From Raja brachyura (Eukaryota), in contig OY740782.1 of the NCBI GenBank assembly GCA_963514005.1, positions 51,088,001 through 51,152,000 of the forward strand: a DNA stretch of 64,000 nt, read 5' to 3'. Each line of letters starts with the position of its first letter. The stretch's first letter is position 1. Below, piece after piece: positions 50,205-62,924 of this stretch. The notes under the pieces were generated by a model, which searched no databases, was not told the origin of the DNA, and saw only the letters and a program-made list of their open reading frames with translations. Both the position numbers and the translations under genes were made by a program.

Positions 50205-50670
50205 TACAATCACAATAATACTTTATTAGCCAAGTATGTTTTGCAACATACGAGGAATTTCATTTGCCAAGTCAGTCATACAAATAAAAAGCAACGGGAC
50301 ACACAAAACACATTTTAACAAACATCCATCACAGTGATCCTGCACATGTGATGGAAGGCAAAAAAAAGTTCAATCTCTTCCCTTTGCTCACCTGTGGTCA
50401 AGGGCCTCCAGCCCTCCGTCCGGCGGCAGGCCCTCCTAGTCGAGGCGATCAGCTCCTGCATCGGGTGGATGTCGGCTCAACCGCGCCGGACGATCGAACC
50501 CCACGTCGGGGCTGGTCAAACCTTAGACCTTGACATTAGAGCTCCCGAAATCCACGGCCTCTCCCAAGACTGCAAGCTCCGATGTACAGTCTGCAGGCCG
50601 CGGTTGGAGTGATCCCAGGCAAGGGATCCACTCCGATGTTAAGTCTACGTCTCTGCGGTGGGGCCCCAAG
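50205..50670 (-). mobile_element. GC-rich non-autonomous retroelement, 3' portion
   Basis: (caat) tail with tactttatt, and the block aacatccatcacagtga...tgtgatggaaggcaaaa. Confidence 0.65.
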
Positions 50671-50914
50671 GTCATTCAGAAGCTTATTTGAAATATAATG
50701 GATGAAAATAATTATGAATGATTAGTACATAACCCAAGCAACCAATAATTTGTTAAATAACAGTTTGTAGTTGACATCTTGCTGGAAGTTGCATGTCTCA
50801 GTCTTAACTTTCCTTTGAGTATTGATGAGGCATTTAATGCTATTAAATAATGAATTTGATTGTGTGGAGGACAACAAATTTTTCTATGTGAATGTTCAGA
50901 CTAAGGACATCACA

Positions 50915-51850
50915 TCTATATACTTTTTTTTTTGTGTGTGTGTGTGTGTGTCTGTCTGTATTTTCGCCTTTGAAACGCATCTCGAAAACCAGATGCCAAA
51001 ACAAGGAATTTTTTATATATTTCAGTAGAGATATTCCTTATGATTTTAGAAGTCCACTCCTCTGTAAATTTGGTCAATTATTTCCCTGACTTTTTAATTA
51101 AAATTGTTGACCAATCTGACCTTTTTTTCTAATCTGATCACTGCCCTGCTGCTGACGTTACAATAACGGTGAAATGTTTACATATTCTGGTAGAAATTTA
51201 CCTCATGATTTAAAAAATCCACTCCTGTAAATTTGGTTCATTATTTCCCTGACTTTTTAAATTACAATTGTTGACCAATCTGACCGCTGCCCAGCTGCTG
51301 ACGTTACAATAACTGTGACATTTTTACATATTCTAGTAGAAATTTACCTTATGATTTCAAAAATCCACTCCTCTGTAAATTTGGTTAATTATTTCACGAG
51401 TTATTTACTAAAATTTATCACCAAACTGACATTTAAAAAAATATGTAACGGCTGCCCAGCTGCTGACCTCGCAATGCTTTTGCTCATGGCCCATCTTGCT
51501 ATTGTCCCCCCACCCCCCCCCCCCCCCCACCCCCCGCCGCTCTGGATTAATGCAGCTGCTGTCAACGCGCATGCGCAGTTTTCCATGAGTTACGTTACCC
51601 CCACCCCTCCCCCCGTTCTTCAAATGACGCAGAAAGAACGAGAAATTCCTGCAGATCCTGAGGTCACCGGCGCTCAAGATCCTTCTCAGCCGGCACAGCT
51701 TGTGAAGCCACACCCCTCCCCAGCCCGCACACTCCAGCTGCTAAGCGCTCCGGGTTTCCAGAGCTCTCTCTCTCTGCTTTTCACAGCCCACTCACTCGCC
51801 CGGCTCCCCCCCCCCCCCTACTTTTCTCACCTCCTCCCCTCATGGGTCAA
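50915..51850 (+). mobile_element. Non-autonomous Helitron-family copy with about 170-bp internal tandem repeats; 3' terminus not intact
   Basis: a|TCTATATA start. The block tttacatattc...atttacctcatgat...ctgtaaatttggt occurs x3 and is shared with 26830-26920. Confidence 0.65.
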
Positions 51851-51972
51851 GAAGGTCATGAAGTCCAATCAATTTGTAATATTAGTTTGCTGCCATTGCT
51901 ATCAAATTGGACGTTAATGCTCTGAATAATTTATTGAACTCCCTTAGTGATAACATTCAATTTTCATTCCAG

Positions 51973-52049
51973 GTTTGAGGATGGCACTGTTTCATTTCTT
52001 GATATAATAGCAGTAAATCATGGATTTGATGCATTGGAAAGAATTACAG
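51973..52049 (+). CDS. MOCOS: Molybdenum cofactor sulfurase, coding exon 5 (77 bp)
   Basis: ttccag|G...G|gtcagt. Reads R-FEDGTVSFLDIIAVNHGFDALERIT-G (conserved RFEDGT), and the phase matches exon 4. Confidence 0.97.
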
Positions 52050-52554
52050 GTCAGTAATACAATGTAATGTTAAACCTTTGCAAGTGCAATAAAAATATTT
52101 TTGTAGTTCAAAATAAGGTGGCGTGTGAGTGATTGAAGTCAGTTGCATGGAAAAAACAGATGACAGAATAGCACCTTCATTGCACTTTAAAAATAATCTG
52201 GTTTCTCTTTCACAATTCTGACAAAAGATCTTTGATTTGAAATATTAATTATGTTTTTTTATCCATGGATCCACCTGACCTGCTGCATGTTTCCATCAGT
52301 TTGCTTTAATTTTGGGTATACCGTGACTGCATTTTTTTTTAGAGAAAGATGAGTTTTATGCTAATTCAATTCAATCAAGGGATGTGAACTTCACAGTATG
52401 AACCAACATTAACTGCACATCCTTAATTGCTGTTAATAAAGTGGTGGCGAACTTCTTAACCACCATAGCCCTTGAAGTGTGGGTATACCCACAATGCTGT
52501 GAGGGAGAGAATTCCAGGATTTTGACCCTGTAACAGTGATATATTTCCAAGTCT

Positions 52555-52856
52555 GCACGGCACGGTGGCGCAGCGATAGAGCTGCTGCCTTACAGCGCAT
52601 GCAGCACTGGAGGCGCGGGTTTGAACCTGACCACAGGTGCGGAATTTGTACGTTCTTCCCATGGCCGCGTGGGTTTTCTCCAAGATCTTCAGTTTCCTCC
52701 CACATTCCAAAGACGTACAGGTATGTAGGTAAATTGTCTTGGTAAATGTAAAAATGGTCCCTAGTGCGTAGGAATGTGTTAATATGCGGGGATCGCTGAT
52801 CGGCGTGGGCCGAAGGGCCTGTTTCCACGCTGTATCTCTAAATTAAACTAAACTAA
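52555..52856 (+). mobile_element. HE1/V-SINE-like tRNA-derived SINE, nested in an older minus-strand LINE relic (about 52415-53300)
   Basis: cacggtggcgcagcgatagagctgctgcc (A-box), gggtttgaacc (B-box-like) and a tgtatctctaaattaaactaaactaa tail. Confidence 0.88.
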
Positions 52857-54689
52857 GATCGTGTGTAGCTTTTCTGGTAGCTGTGTCCTCTGCTTTTTTC
52901 TGAACTTGTCCTTCTAGCTGGTAGAGTTTGTGGGTTTGGAAAGTGCGTTATAAGGAGTCTGGCTGAAAGGCTGCAGTGACTCCTGCCAAAGGTGCAAACT
53001 GCTGCTACTGTGCGTCAATGCTGGAATGGGTGAATGGTTGTAGATGAAGGGTCTTTCAAGCAGCCAATGTCCTGATGGGTGTGGAGCTTCTTGAGTATTT
53101 TCAAAGTTGCAAGTTGAGAGCATTACCACGCACTCCTAACTTAAGCCTTTTAGTTGATGGACTGAATTTGGGGAATTTGAAGGCTAGTTCCTCACCATAG
53201 ATTCCTAACCTCCGACCGGCACTAGTAGCCACATTGTTCCAATTGATTATTCCAATTCAGTTTTTTGGTACATGGTAACTCCCAGAATATTTACAGTGGG
53301 AGATTCACTGATGTTAATTTATGCAAGTAAGTGTTGGAATTGGTAATGAAAATGTTATTACTAAAGTATTTTAAAAACAAAGACATAAAGAGAGATTAGT
53401 AGATAAGGGCACTTCGTCTTTTCGTGTCCATCTTGTTACAAATGTTGGCCTAGCTGTCATCGTCCATCCAGAAAATGACGTAAGCTTCCGGCGACAATCA
53501 GTGGAAGCCATCACTTGTCGCAATAAATGATGGTGGTAGCAGAATTAGCTCAGGATACTTCCAGTTTCCAGCCCCACGACGTGGATGCTTCTGTGATTGG
53601 GCAGATAAGGGCAATGATAAGAAGGAATTTTAATATTAGTTAGAAAGGTTAGCATCAGCAATCAGATATTTTCATTGCACAGTGAAAAATTGTGTGAATC
53701 TGAGGAAAATCTGAAAGAAAAACAACTAGCTTGTTGTTTTTTATTTCGATCAAATTTGTGTGGTTTCTGCCTTCATGCCTGCACTCTATGCCTGCACATA
53801 ATTCAATGGATGGTGAGAGTTATTAAGATAATAGCTCATTTATCCTGTAAGAAACAGTGATGACATAGAAATCAGTTCTAGGCTGTGCTTAAACATTTGA
53901 GTTCCTTCCTTGCTATGGTCTCATCTTCCCTCCCCTTTTTACATGTTTGTTCTGTGAAAACTTTGAGTCCTTATTCCGAAGTGAAATTGCCCTTTACCTC
54001 CGTATCTCCCTACTTCTACTGGCAAAATATTCAATTGCCAGCTTAGCCAAATCCAGTTTGCACCTGATGTGAACAGATATACATTTCTGTTGAAGAATCC
54101 ATGTAAAAACATGTATTTTTCCTCTTCATTTAAGCCATTGTTCATGATGCAAACACATGGTTTTTGCAGATAATGAGATATTTTATTACAGATTTGATTC
54201 TTTTTACAATGCTAGCTGTATGATTCAGTTTGGAAAGATTTCATAAAATTCATGAGCCAATCAGCTGTGCCCCCACCCAGTTTGATTACTTAACTATGAA
54301 ACCACAATTTGAATCTCGGCCAGATCAATGGACTTTGCCCGGAGGCTGCTATTTAATTTTTAAGTTTGGACTGTGAATAATTTCATGATTAAGGAGGAGA
54401 CAGGATTGGTCAATAAAGAGCCCAGACCTTTTCTGTTGAAGCAAATGTTCCTGGACAACCAACGGAACTTATTGCCTTCCTTAGGGGATTTGATCAAGAG
54501 AGGATCCTCACATTTCAGTTGTGGGGCTTTTTTTTCCCAACTACCTATTTCTTAGCTGAAAATGGACAGTCCGCAGAGAGGAGACTGCAGATACTGGGAT
54601 TGGGAGCATAAAACAAGCAGCTGGAGGTACTCATGAGTCAGACATCATGTGTGGAGGCAAAAGGGCAGTCAATGTTTTGGGTGTCAAAT

Positions 54690-55150
54690 GAGATAGTCGA
54701 CGATGGAGTTAAAGGGAAAGAGAGTAAAGGGATGGTTAATGACCCCAGAATTAACGGGAAAGGAAGCTCAAAGGGATAGGAGAGTATGGCCAAGTGTAAT
54801 AGGGATTGATGTGAAAGGTGAGATGCGTAAGGAATTAAAAGTATTGTATATGAAAGCGCGAAGTATAAGAAGTAAAGTAGATGAGCTTGAGTCTCAGTTA
54901 GAGGTTGGTAGATATGACATTGTGGGGATTACTGAGATGTGGCTGCAGGAGGATCGAGCCTGGGAACTTAATATTCTGGGTTATACATCCTTTAGAAAGG
55001 ACAGGCAGGTGGGCAGAGGAGGGGGGGTAGCTCTGCTGGTGAGGGATGGAATTCAGTCCCTTGCGAGGGAAGACATACGGACTGACAAGGTAGAATCACT
55101 GTGGATTGAGTTGAGGAATTGTAAAGGAAAGAAGACACTAATTGGTGACT
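54690..55150 (+). mobile_element. CR1 ORF2 N-terminal APE endonuclease fragment
   Basis: LKVLYMKARSIRSK, YDIVGITEMWL, FRKDR.VGRGGGVALLV and ESLWIEL motifs. Confidence 0.9.
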
Positions 55151-55620
55151 TTGAAGCTTTGGCCCATTCATCTTAAAGCTATGCTCTCTCGTCCTCGTCA
55201 CTTCCACTCCAATGAAAAAGGATCTGACTGTCCTATCTATTCCTCATAATTTTATATATTTCTATCAGGTTCCCCCTCAGCCTTCATACTTCAGAGAAAT
55301 CAATACTTTCCCATCCAGGCAAATCATCTAATTCTGGTGAATCTCTTCTGCACCCTCTCCAAAACCACCACATCCTTCCTGTAATGGGGCGACCAGAGCT
55401 GCACACCATACTCCAAATATGGTCTAACCAAAATACTATAAAATTGCATCATGTCCTCCTGACTCTTGGGACTCAATGCTCCAAATGATGATGGCAAGAA
55501 CATTATTCACTTTCTTTACCACTCAATTCCCTTGTGTTGCTACACAATTCCCTTATGTTGCCACTTTCAGGGAACTATGGATCTTGACCCTATGACGTTA
55601 AGAGTTTTGCCATTAACTAT
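55150..55620 (-). mobile_element. CR1 3' fragment, decayed
   Basis: ctgcacaccatactccaaatatggtctaacc (VRP.LEYGVQ on minus) and tctatcaggttccccctcagcc (LRGNLIE). Confidence 0.75.
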
Positions 55621-55949
55621 ATATTTTCTCCTGTATTGTATGTGCAATCTGGAAATGATTAACAGCTCTTTATATACTTTCAAACTTTATCTCTCAAAGC
55701 AAATAATTTAGACTGTAAAAATTAACTCCAGAGCAATGTTTTATTTTATTTTTTGATTTTTGACGGTCTGAGTGATCCTCGCAAATCATCTTTAAACTTT
55801 CCCCCACTCCCTTTAAACTTATGCCCTCTAGTATTTTATATTTCCACCCTGAGGGAAAAAGACTCCATCTACCCAATCAATGTTGAATCATTTTACATGC
55901 TTTCATCAAGTTGCCCTACAGCCTACCAATGCAAAACAGACTACGACTG

Positions 55950-57750
55950 TCATTGTGCCAAGGGCTTAGGTAGGATGGAATTTGTCAAATACGTTCAGGA
56001 AAGATTCCTCAGGCAATATGGAGAGGGCAAGGCTGAATCTACTCTTAGGGAAGTGGGCACGCAAGTGACTTGAAGTGTCAGTAGGTGAGCACTCTATGAC
56101 CAAAGACCACAGATATGTTGGGTTTAAAACAGTTATGGATAAGAACAGGATAAAACCACAAGTTAGTTCTAAACTGGGGCATGGTCAAAGGAGCTCAATT
56201 AATATTTATCCTGTATTTTTTACCGAGGAGGAAGACAAAGTTAAAGGCAATATTTTGCAGTCGGTGCTTAAATATGTGAAACCAGACAAATCTCCCAAGC
56301 CTGATCAAGCACATTCAAGAACATTATTGGAAACTAGATGAGAAACTGCGCAAGCCCTGGCTGAGATATATGCATCATTGTTAGACACGGGTGTGGTACC
56401 AGAAAACCGGAGGGAGGCTAATTTTAATGTTTCTATTTGTAAAAGGTCTGCAAGAAAAGCATGGGGACTATAGAACAGTAAGTGTAACATATGTGGCAGG
56501 AATGTTACTGGAGAACATTTGAAGGGATACGATACAGGCATTTGGAAAGACAGCGGTTGATTAGGGATAGACCATGTTTTTTTGCGTGGGAGATAATGTC
56601 TCTTGAATTTGATTGTTTTTGAAGAAGAAACCAAGAACATGATGAGAACAGGCACAGACATAGTCTATATGTACTTTAAAGTTTTGCATGGTAGGCTGCT
56701 CTGGAAGGTTAGATCCAATCCCCAAGGAGAGCTAGCTAACTGGATGTAGAATTGGCTTCATGGAAGGAAGCAGAGTGTGGTGATGGAAGGATGTTTTTGG
56801 GACTGGAGGCTTGTGATAAGGTCCTGGGCCTGTTTTTGTTTGTCAGCTACATCAGCGATTTGGATGAGAAATTATAAAGCATGATTAGCAAGTTGAAGAC
56901 ATCAGGAACGGCAGATGCTGCAGTAACTCAGCAGGTCAGGCAACATCTGTTTAGGAAATGGATAGGTTGCATTTCGGATATGAAGAAGTGTCTCGACCCA
57001 AAACGTAATTTGTCCTTTTCCTCCACAGATGTTGCCTGACCCGCTGGGTTCTTCCAGCACTTGCTGATTTCTACATTTGTTGAGGACATTAAAATAGGTG
57101 GTATCATAGACAGTGAAGATGGTTATTCAGCATTATAATGGGATCTTGACCAGCTGGGCCAGTGGGCCGAGGAATAACTTGTGGAATTTCATTCAGAAAA
57201 GTGTGAGGTTTTGGGAAGTTAAACCAAGACAGTACCGTTACAGTGAATGGTAGGGCCTTGGAGTGTTGTAGAGCAAATGGATCGAAGAGCACAAATACAT
57301 TTTTTCCTGAAAGTGGCATCACAGGTAGATGGGGTGGTGATGAAGGCTTTTGACATGCTGATCTTCTTCGGATAACGAGTTGAGTTCAGAAGTTGGAATT
57401 TTATGTAACTGTTGGACAAGACCTTGGTGAGACCGCATTTGGAGTATTGTGTTCAGTTTTGGTCACCCTGCTATAGGAAAGATGCAATTAAGCTGGAAAG
57501 AGGTGCAGAGACAATTTATGAGCATATTCCCAGGACTTGAGGACCTGAGCTAAAAGGAAAGGTTGGGCAGGCACATACTTTATTCTTTGAAGCAAAGGAT
57601 GCAGAGGGGTGAACACCTAGAGGTGTATAAAATCATGAGGGGCATCATCAGGATGACTGCACACAGGCTTTTTCCTGGATTTGGGAAATCAAAAAAAGCA
57701 GTGCATAGGTTTACCGTGAGAGGGGGATGATTTAAAAGGAACTTAAAGGG
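55950..57750 (+). mobile_element. CR1 ORF2 relic, heavily decayed, with a palindromic insert at about 56900-57075
   Basis: DKSPKPD, NWLHGRKQ and LVRPHLEYCVQFWSPCYRKD motifs. Confidence 0.82.
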
Positions 57751-57944
57751 TATATATTTATTGTCTTACAAAAATCCACGTAGACAACATCCACTGCTTT
57801 AATCTCATCGATTGAAATCACATATTGTCTTTAATGACTGGTTAGCAGCAACAAAATCTTTTCATTGTACCTCGGTCTCGGTACATGTAACAATAAACTA
57901 AACACAAATCGGTCACCTTTGTCACCTCACTTTTCACTGTACAT

Positions 57945-58228
57945 TGGTACAGTGGTAGATTTGCTGCCTCACAGCGCCAGAGCCCCGGGTTTGATCCTGA
58001 CCTTGGGTGCTCTCTGTACGGAGTTTGTACATTCTCCCTGTGACTGTGTGGGTTTCTTCAGGGTGTTCCGATTTCCTCCCACACACCAACGATGTACAGG
58101 TTTGTAGATTAATTGGCTTCTGTAAATTGTTCCTAATGTGTAGGATAGTGTAAGTTATGGAGTGATTGTTGGTCGGCATGATTTTGATGGGCAAAATGGT
58201 CTGTTTCCATGCTGTAGTTCTAAAGTTT
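57945..58228 (+). mobile_element. HE1-like SINE
   Basis: gtggtagatttgctgcctcacagcgccagagccccgggtttgatcc...gagtttgtacattctccctgtgac. Confidence 0.85.
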
Positions 58229-58231
58229 AAT

Positions 58232-58500
58232 GGGCCTGTCTCACAGGCGATTTTTCAGGCGATTGCCAGTGACTGTGGCAACCCACTAGGACCTCCTGCC
58301 AACCCACGTACGGCACGAGAATTCTCGCTACTCTCCATGGCAGCTTCATTCTGAAAAATGGTGAACATGTTGAAAAATTTGCGGCGACCATAATGAGGCC
58401 GCAACCCAGAATGAGGGAACTTCTCACGACCATGAAGCTGACTACCCGGCAACCACCCACGAATATGTGGCGAGCATGTGGCGACCATCTGTGGTTAGAC
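58232..58500. mobile_element. Harbinger-like MITE, partial
   Basis: Starts gggcctgtctcacaggcgattttt after taat. The second TIR is not clear. Confidence 0.6.
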
Positions 58501-58554
58501 AAGATATCTGTGGTTAGAGAAGATATGAAGATCTCTACTTTCTTTGAAGGCTTA

Positions 58555-59125
58555 GGAAGTTCAGCATGTTCCCACCAACCCGCACCAATTTCTACAGATG
58601 TGCCGTAGAAAGCATTTTATCGGGATGCATCAAAGCTTGGTTTGGGGACAGCTCCATTCAAGACCGCAAGAAATTGCAGCGAATTGTGGACGCATCCTAG
58701 ACCATCATAAAAAGCAACCTCCCTTCTATTGACAATTTATACCTCATGCTGCCTCGGAAAGGCTAGCAGCATAATCAAGGATGAGTCGCGCCCTGGCCAC
58801 TCCCTCTTCTCTCTCCAGTCGGGCAAAAGGTATAGAAGTGTGAAAATGCACACTTCCAGATTTAGGGACGGATTCTTCCGTTATCAGGCAACTGGACCAT
58901 ACCACAGGAACTAGAGTGCAGTCCTGAACTACTATCTACCTCAGCGGGGGACCCTCGGACTATCTTTGATCAGAATTTACTGGCTTTCCCTTGCACTAAA
59001 GGTTATTCCCTTATTATGTATCTGTACACTGTGAATGGATTGACTGTACTCATGTATTGTCTTCCCACTGTCTGGTTAGCACGTAACAAAAGCTCACACA
59101 AGGCAATACACTGAAACTAAAACTG
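58555..59125 (+). mobile_element. Rex1/Babar-like LINE 3' portion
   Basis: YRCAVESILSGCI.AWFG, CLGKASSIIKD..PGHSLF..QSGKRYRS and an actgaaactaaaactgaa tail. Confidence 0.85.
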
Positions 59126-59414
59126 AAGATTTTCACTTTAATATATCGTTCAATTTTTTTGGAAGATGGTGACAAAGATATTTGAAAGGGCGAAAGCTGA
59201 TTCCTATCCAGAGGTTAGATGGAGACATGGCATTCCACAGTGTTCTCGTCTTAGAAGAAAGGAATAGAAATTAGTTGAAATAGTAAATTCTGAGAAAGAA
59301 ATGGTGCAAAGTTGAATTTGGAGATTAATATTTTTTCGTTAAATTAAGTAAGACTTTGGAGTCTTTGTTCAAGTGTGGAAAGATGCATTCCTATCTGATG
59401 TAGAATTATTGCTT

Positions 59415-59978
59415 TGTTGACAGTGAAGAGAGTTAGCAGCTTCAAATTACTGAGTGTTAACATCCAGATGATCTGGCCTGGACCCAGCACATTGAAATTC
59501 AGAGAGATTCAGCATGTCACCAAATACTCTTGCAAATTTTGATCGGCCCCCTGCCAAAAGTATCCTGATTGGTTGCATTGGCCTGGTACGGTATTTAAAA
59601 TTTACAGGTATGAAAGCGAAGAGTGATGGACTCAGCCCGGTCCATCACGGTTACAGTCCTTACCGCCATCAAAAGCATTTACATGATCTGCTGCCTTAAG
59701 AAGGTGGCATCTATCGTTAAATATCTTTATCATTAAGGATCCTGGGTCATGCCCACTTCTTGCTGCTACCATTGGGAAACAGGTAAAGGAGCCTGAGGCC
59801 CCACATGACCAGGTTCGGAAAAAATACAAACTGAAAACAAGTTCTACAACTATCAGATTCTTGTGCCAACCTGCACAACCTTAATCCTACCACAGCGACT
59901 GAACACAATGGACCATCTCTTGCACGAGTGTTAATTTGTTTTCTGATTGTATTCTGCACTAATGTTTTATTTTTGCAC
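59415..59978 (+). mobile_element. Rex1/Babar-like LINE fragment, decayed
   Basis: V.SFKLL.V.I.DDLAWTQH and CLKKVASIVK motifs. Confidence 0.7.
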
Positions 59979-59979
59979 A

Positions 59980-61525
59980 TCCATCACAGCGGATAGACTG
60001 TCGACTGACATTTACTACAAACCTACCGACTCCCATAGTTATCTGGACTAGATAGAGTGGAGGTGGAGAGGATATTTCCACTAGTGGGAGAGTCCAGGAC
60101 CAGAGGTCATTGCTTCAAAATTAAAGGACGTCCCTTTAGGAAGGAGATGAGGAGGAATTTCTTTCATCAGAGGGTGGCGAATATGTGGAAATCATTGCCA
60201 CAGAAGGCTGTGGAGGCCAAGCCAAGGCAGAGATAGATTCTTCATTAGTATGGGTGTCAGAGGTTATGGGGAGAAGGAAGGAGAATGAGGTTAAGAGGGA
60301 AAGATAGATCAGCCATGATTGAATGGTGGAGTAGACTTGATGGGTCAAATGCCCTAATACTGCTTCTATCACTTTTGAACTTATGACGACACCTCCTCAC
60401 ATCCTGCCTCTTGCAAGGATGCCATCTCTTCTCAAATTTTCCATGTACGCTACATCTACTCAATATATGGCTTTCCATTCTAGGACATATGAGATGTACT
60501 CTTTCTTAAGTAAATATGGTTCTCCACTGCTGTCACAGATGTATCCATCATCAAGTATCCTCCGTGTCCTATGGTTCTGTTCTCGCTTCACCTCCACCCT
60601 GATGGAACAATAGAGTTCCCTTATTCCTGCCTTTCACCCCAACAGCCTCTGCATCCAACAAAACATTCTCTGATATTTCCCTCACCTTCAATGTGATCCC
60701 ATCAATGGTCACATCTTTCTCTCCCCACCTTTTTGCAGTGACCACTCCCTCTGTAACTCTTATTCAGATTCAGATTCAATTTTAATTGTCATTGTCAGTG
60801 TACAGTACAGAGACAACGAAATGCATTTTCACTCATCCCTTCCCACCTAGGGTGCTCCCAACGTGGCCTCCTATACCATGGTGAGAGCAAGCGCAGAGAA
60901 GACAACCGTTCTGCCAGACACTTGCATTTAGTCTGCCAACGTCCGCTGGAAGTCCCAGTTAACTAACCCTTTTAAGTCCCCTTCCCATTCCTATACTGGT
61001 CTTTCTCTCCTGGGTCTTCGTTGCCAGAGTGAAGCCACTACAAACTGGAGGAACAGTACCTCGTATTCCACTTGGGTAACTTTAACTTGGGTAACAGTAT
61101 AATTTCCAATTATAGGTAACTAATCTGCAAACGCCCTCCCCCCCCCCCTTACCTCTCACCCCTTTTTCCCGCATTCTTCCCCTTTCCTGTGCCCTACCTG
61201 CATGCGCACCATTTATCCTTTTCCTCTTCCCTTTTGTCCCCTTCCACCTACATTCCTTCCTTTGGTTTCACATTTCATGCCTGTTGTGACCTTATTTCAC
61301 ACTTTTTGTTTTTCCATTTCTGGCATTTGTCCAACATCTGTCAAAAAACCCCTCAACTGTATCCACCTATTTATTGACAAATGTTGTCCCATCCCCAACT
61401 CTCTACCAGCTTTCTCCTCCCACTACTACAATCAATCTGAAGTAGGGTCCCAACCCAAAATATCACCTATCCATGTTCTCCAGAGATGCTGCCTGATCCA
61501 CTTAGTTACTCTTCGCACTTTTTGT
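59980..61525 (+). mobile_element. Penelope-like element 3' portion (RT end plus GIY-YIG relic), with a CR1 inserted at about 60050-60385
   Basis: LSTDIYYKPTDSHSYLD, then TSSHPASCKDAI after the CR1, then LY.GESKR. The terminus reads ctgaagtagggtcccaaccc...gagatgctgcctg. Confidence 0.8.
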
Positions 61526-61964
61526 CTTTGTCTGTGTTCACACATGAAGTGGTAGAATCTGAAGATCAAGATTCTGACACTGACAAGACAATATGAACTG
61601 AAAACCTCAAAGGTGAGATAGGTTTTTCTCAGTCAACAAACTAAGGCACAGAATGCAATCGAGGAAATAGTATTTAAAATACAGATCAGTCGTAATTTAA
61701 TTGACGGTTAAAATTGGCTTGAAGAGCAGATTGGCTTCTTCCTTTGTGTTCCTGTGTAACTCCAGAGCAATGTTTCTGTAAGTCTGTAGTGCTGCACTTC
61801 AAGAAAGTACAACCAAACTACAGATAAAACTGCAACTGTATCCCTCTCTGCAGGTGGCAGCTACAGCAATGTTTACAGATAATGACATAATTTTATATCT
61901 GACTCGTCTACAGATTATAGCTGAATAGTTGTGCCAGAACTTATTTTGTGAATTTTAATGGTTA

Positions 61965-62665
61965 CTTGACCAAGTGCGACCCATTGGGAGGCCTGGACCT
62001 CCAATGCAAACCGTTCCCCAAGGCGATATTCCACCACTCGCCCGTTCCCCCAATGCAATATTCCACCACCACCCATAGCCCCTAACTGCACAGAAATTTC
62101 TGGAGTAAGATAAGGATCCAGAAGAGGCATTTAAATATGCACAAGGTATTAGCCGCCCTCATTTTTAAACTTTAAAAAAAAATGCAATTGCACTTCCTAG
62201 CTAGCAGAACTCAGTGTACTGTGACTTAAAAAAATGCATTTGCACTTGCTTGGGCTAGCAGGACTCGGTGTACTTGGATAGCAACAGTGCTGCGAGCAGG
62301 GCTACAATCCCACTGTGTCGTCACAGCTGTAAGCACAGAGAATACATTTTATTCAAATTGGGGTTTTGTAAATCTAAAAATGTTAATAACTTGTGAAATA
62401 TAACAATCTGAATGAAACTTGATACAAACCACCACAGGACAATTGTGTGTAAAGTGGTGCAAAAGTGTTAGTGCTATGGTGTACTGTTTTGGCGTANNNN
62501 NNNNNNNNNNNNNNNNNNNNNNNNNNNNNNNNNNNNNNNNNNNNNNNNNNNNNNNNNNNNNNNNNNNNNNNNNNNNNNNNNNNNNNNNNNNNNNNNNNNN
62601 NNNNNNNNNNNNNNNNNNNNNNNNNNNNNNNNNNNNNNNNNNGTTTTATATATATGTATAATATA
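61965..62665 (-). mobile_element. Non-autonomous Helitron-family copy spanning the gap
   Basis: acttgaccaagtgcgacccattggg and atattccaccactc.cccgttccccca match the ends of the 25721 copy. Confidence 0.6.
62497..62642. other. Assembly gap (146 N)
   Basis: Run of n. Confidence 1.
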
Positions 62666-62689
62666 TCATATATATTTATCTAATATAAG

Positions 62690-62915
62690 TAAAATAAGTA
62701 AAGTAAAGTATCCTTTATTGTCATTCAGACCTTTCGGCCTGAACAACATTTTGTTGCCTTGCAGTCTTAACATATAAATAAAAACCAAAACACACAATAA
62801 ACACATATTTAACATCCACCACAGTGAGTTCACCAGGCACCTCCTCACTGTGGTGGAAGGCAAAAGTCTTAAAGTCTTTGTCTTCTTCCCACCTTGTTCT
62901 CCCTCTGCGCTGAGG
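62690..62915 (-). mobile_element. GC-rich non-autonomous retroelement 3' end
   Basis: (aagta)n tail, cctttattgtca and aacatccaccacagtga...ctgtggtggaaggcaaaa. Confidence 0.65.
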
Positions 62916-62924
62916 TGATATCAT

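Noticed and set aside
51315-51917. 200-aa ORF before exon 5
   Set aside because: It is made of Helitron tandem repeats and poly-C tracts.
52222-52234. caaaagatctttg as a further micro-MITE
   Set aside because: It has no 8-bp TSD and sits in a decayed Penelope-terminus-like remnant.
61845-61885. ctctctgcag|GTGGC... as possible MOCOS exon 6 (would begin GG)
   Set aside because: It reads GGSYSNVYR* with an immediate stop and has no similarity to the expected GGM..I..HTF sequence. Exon 6 must lie beyond the window (or in a gap).
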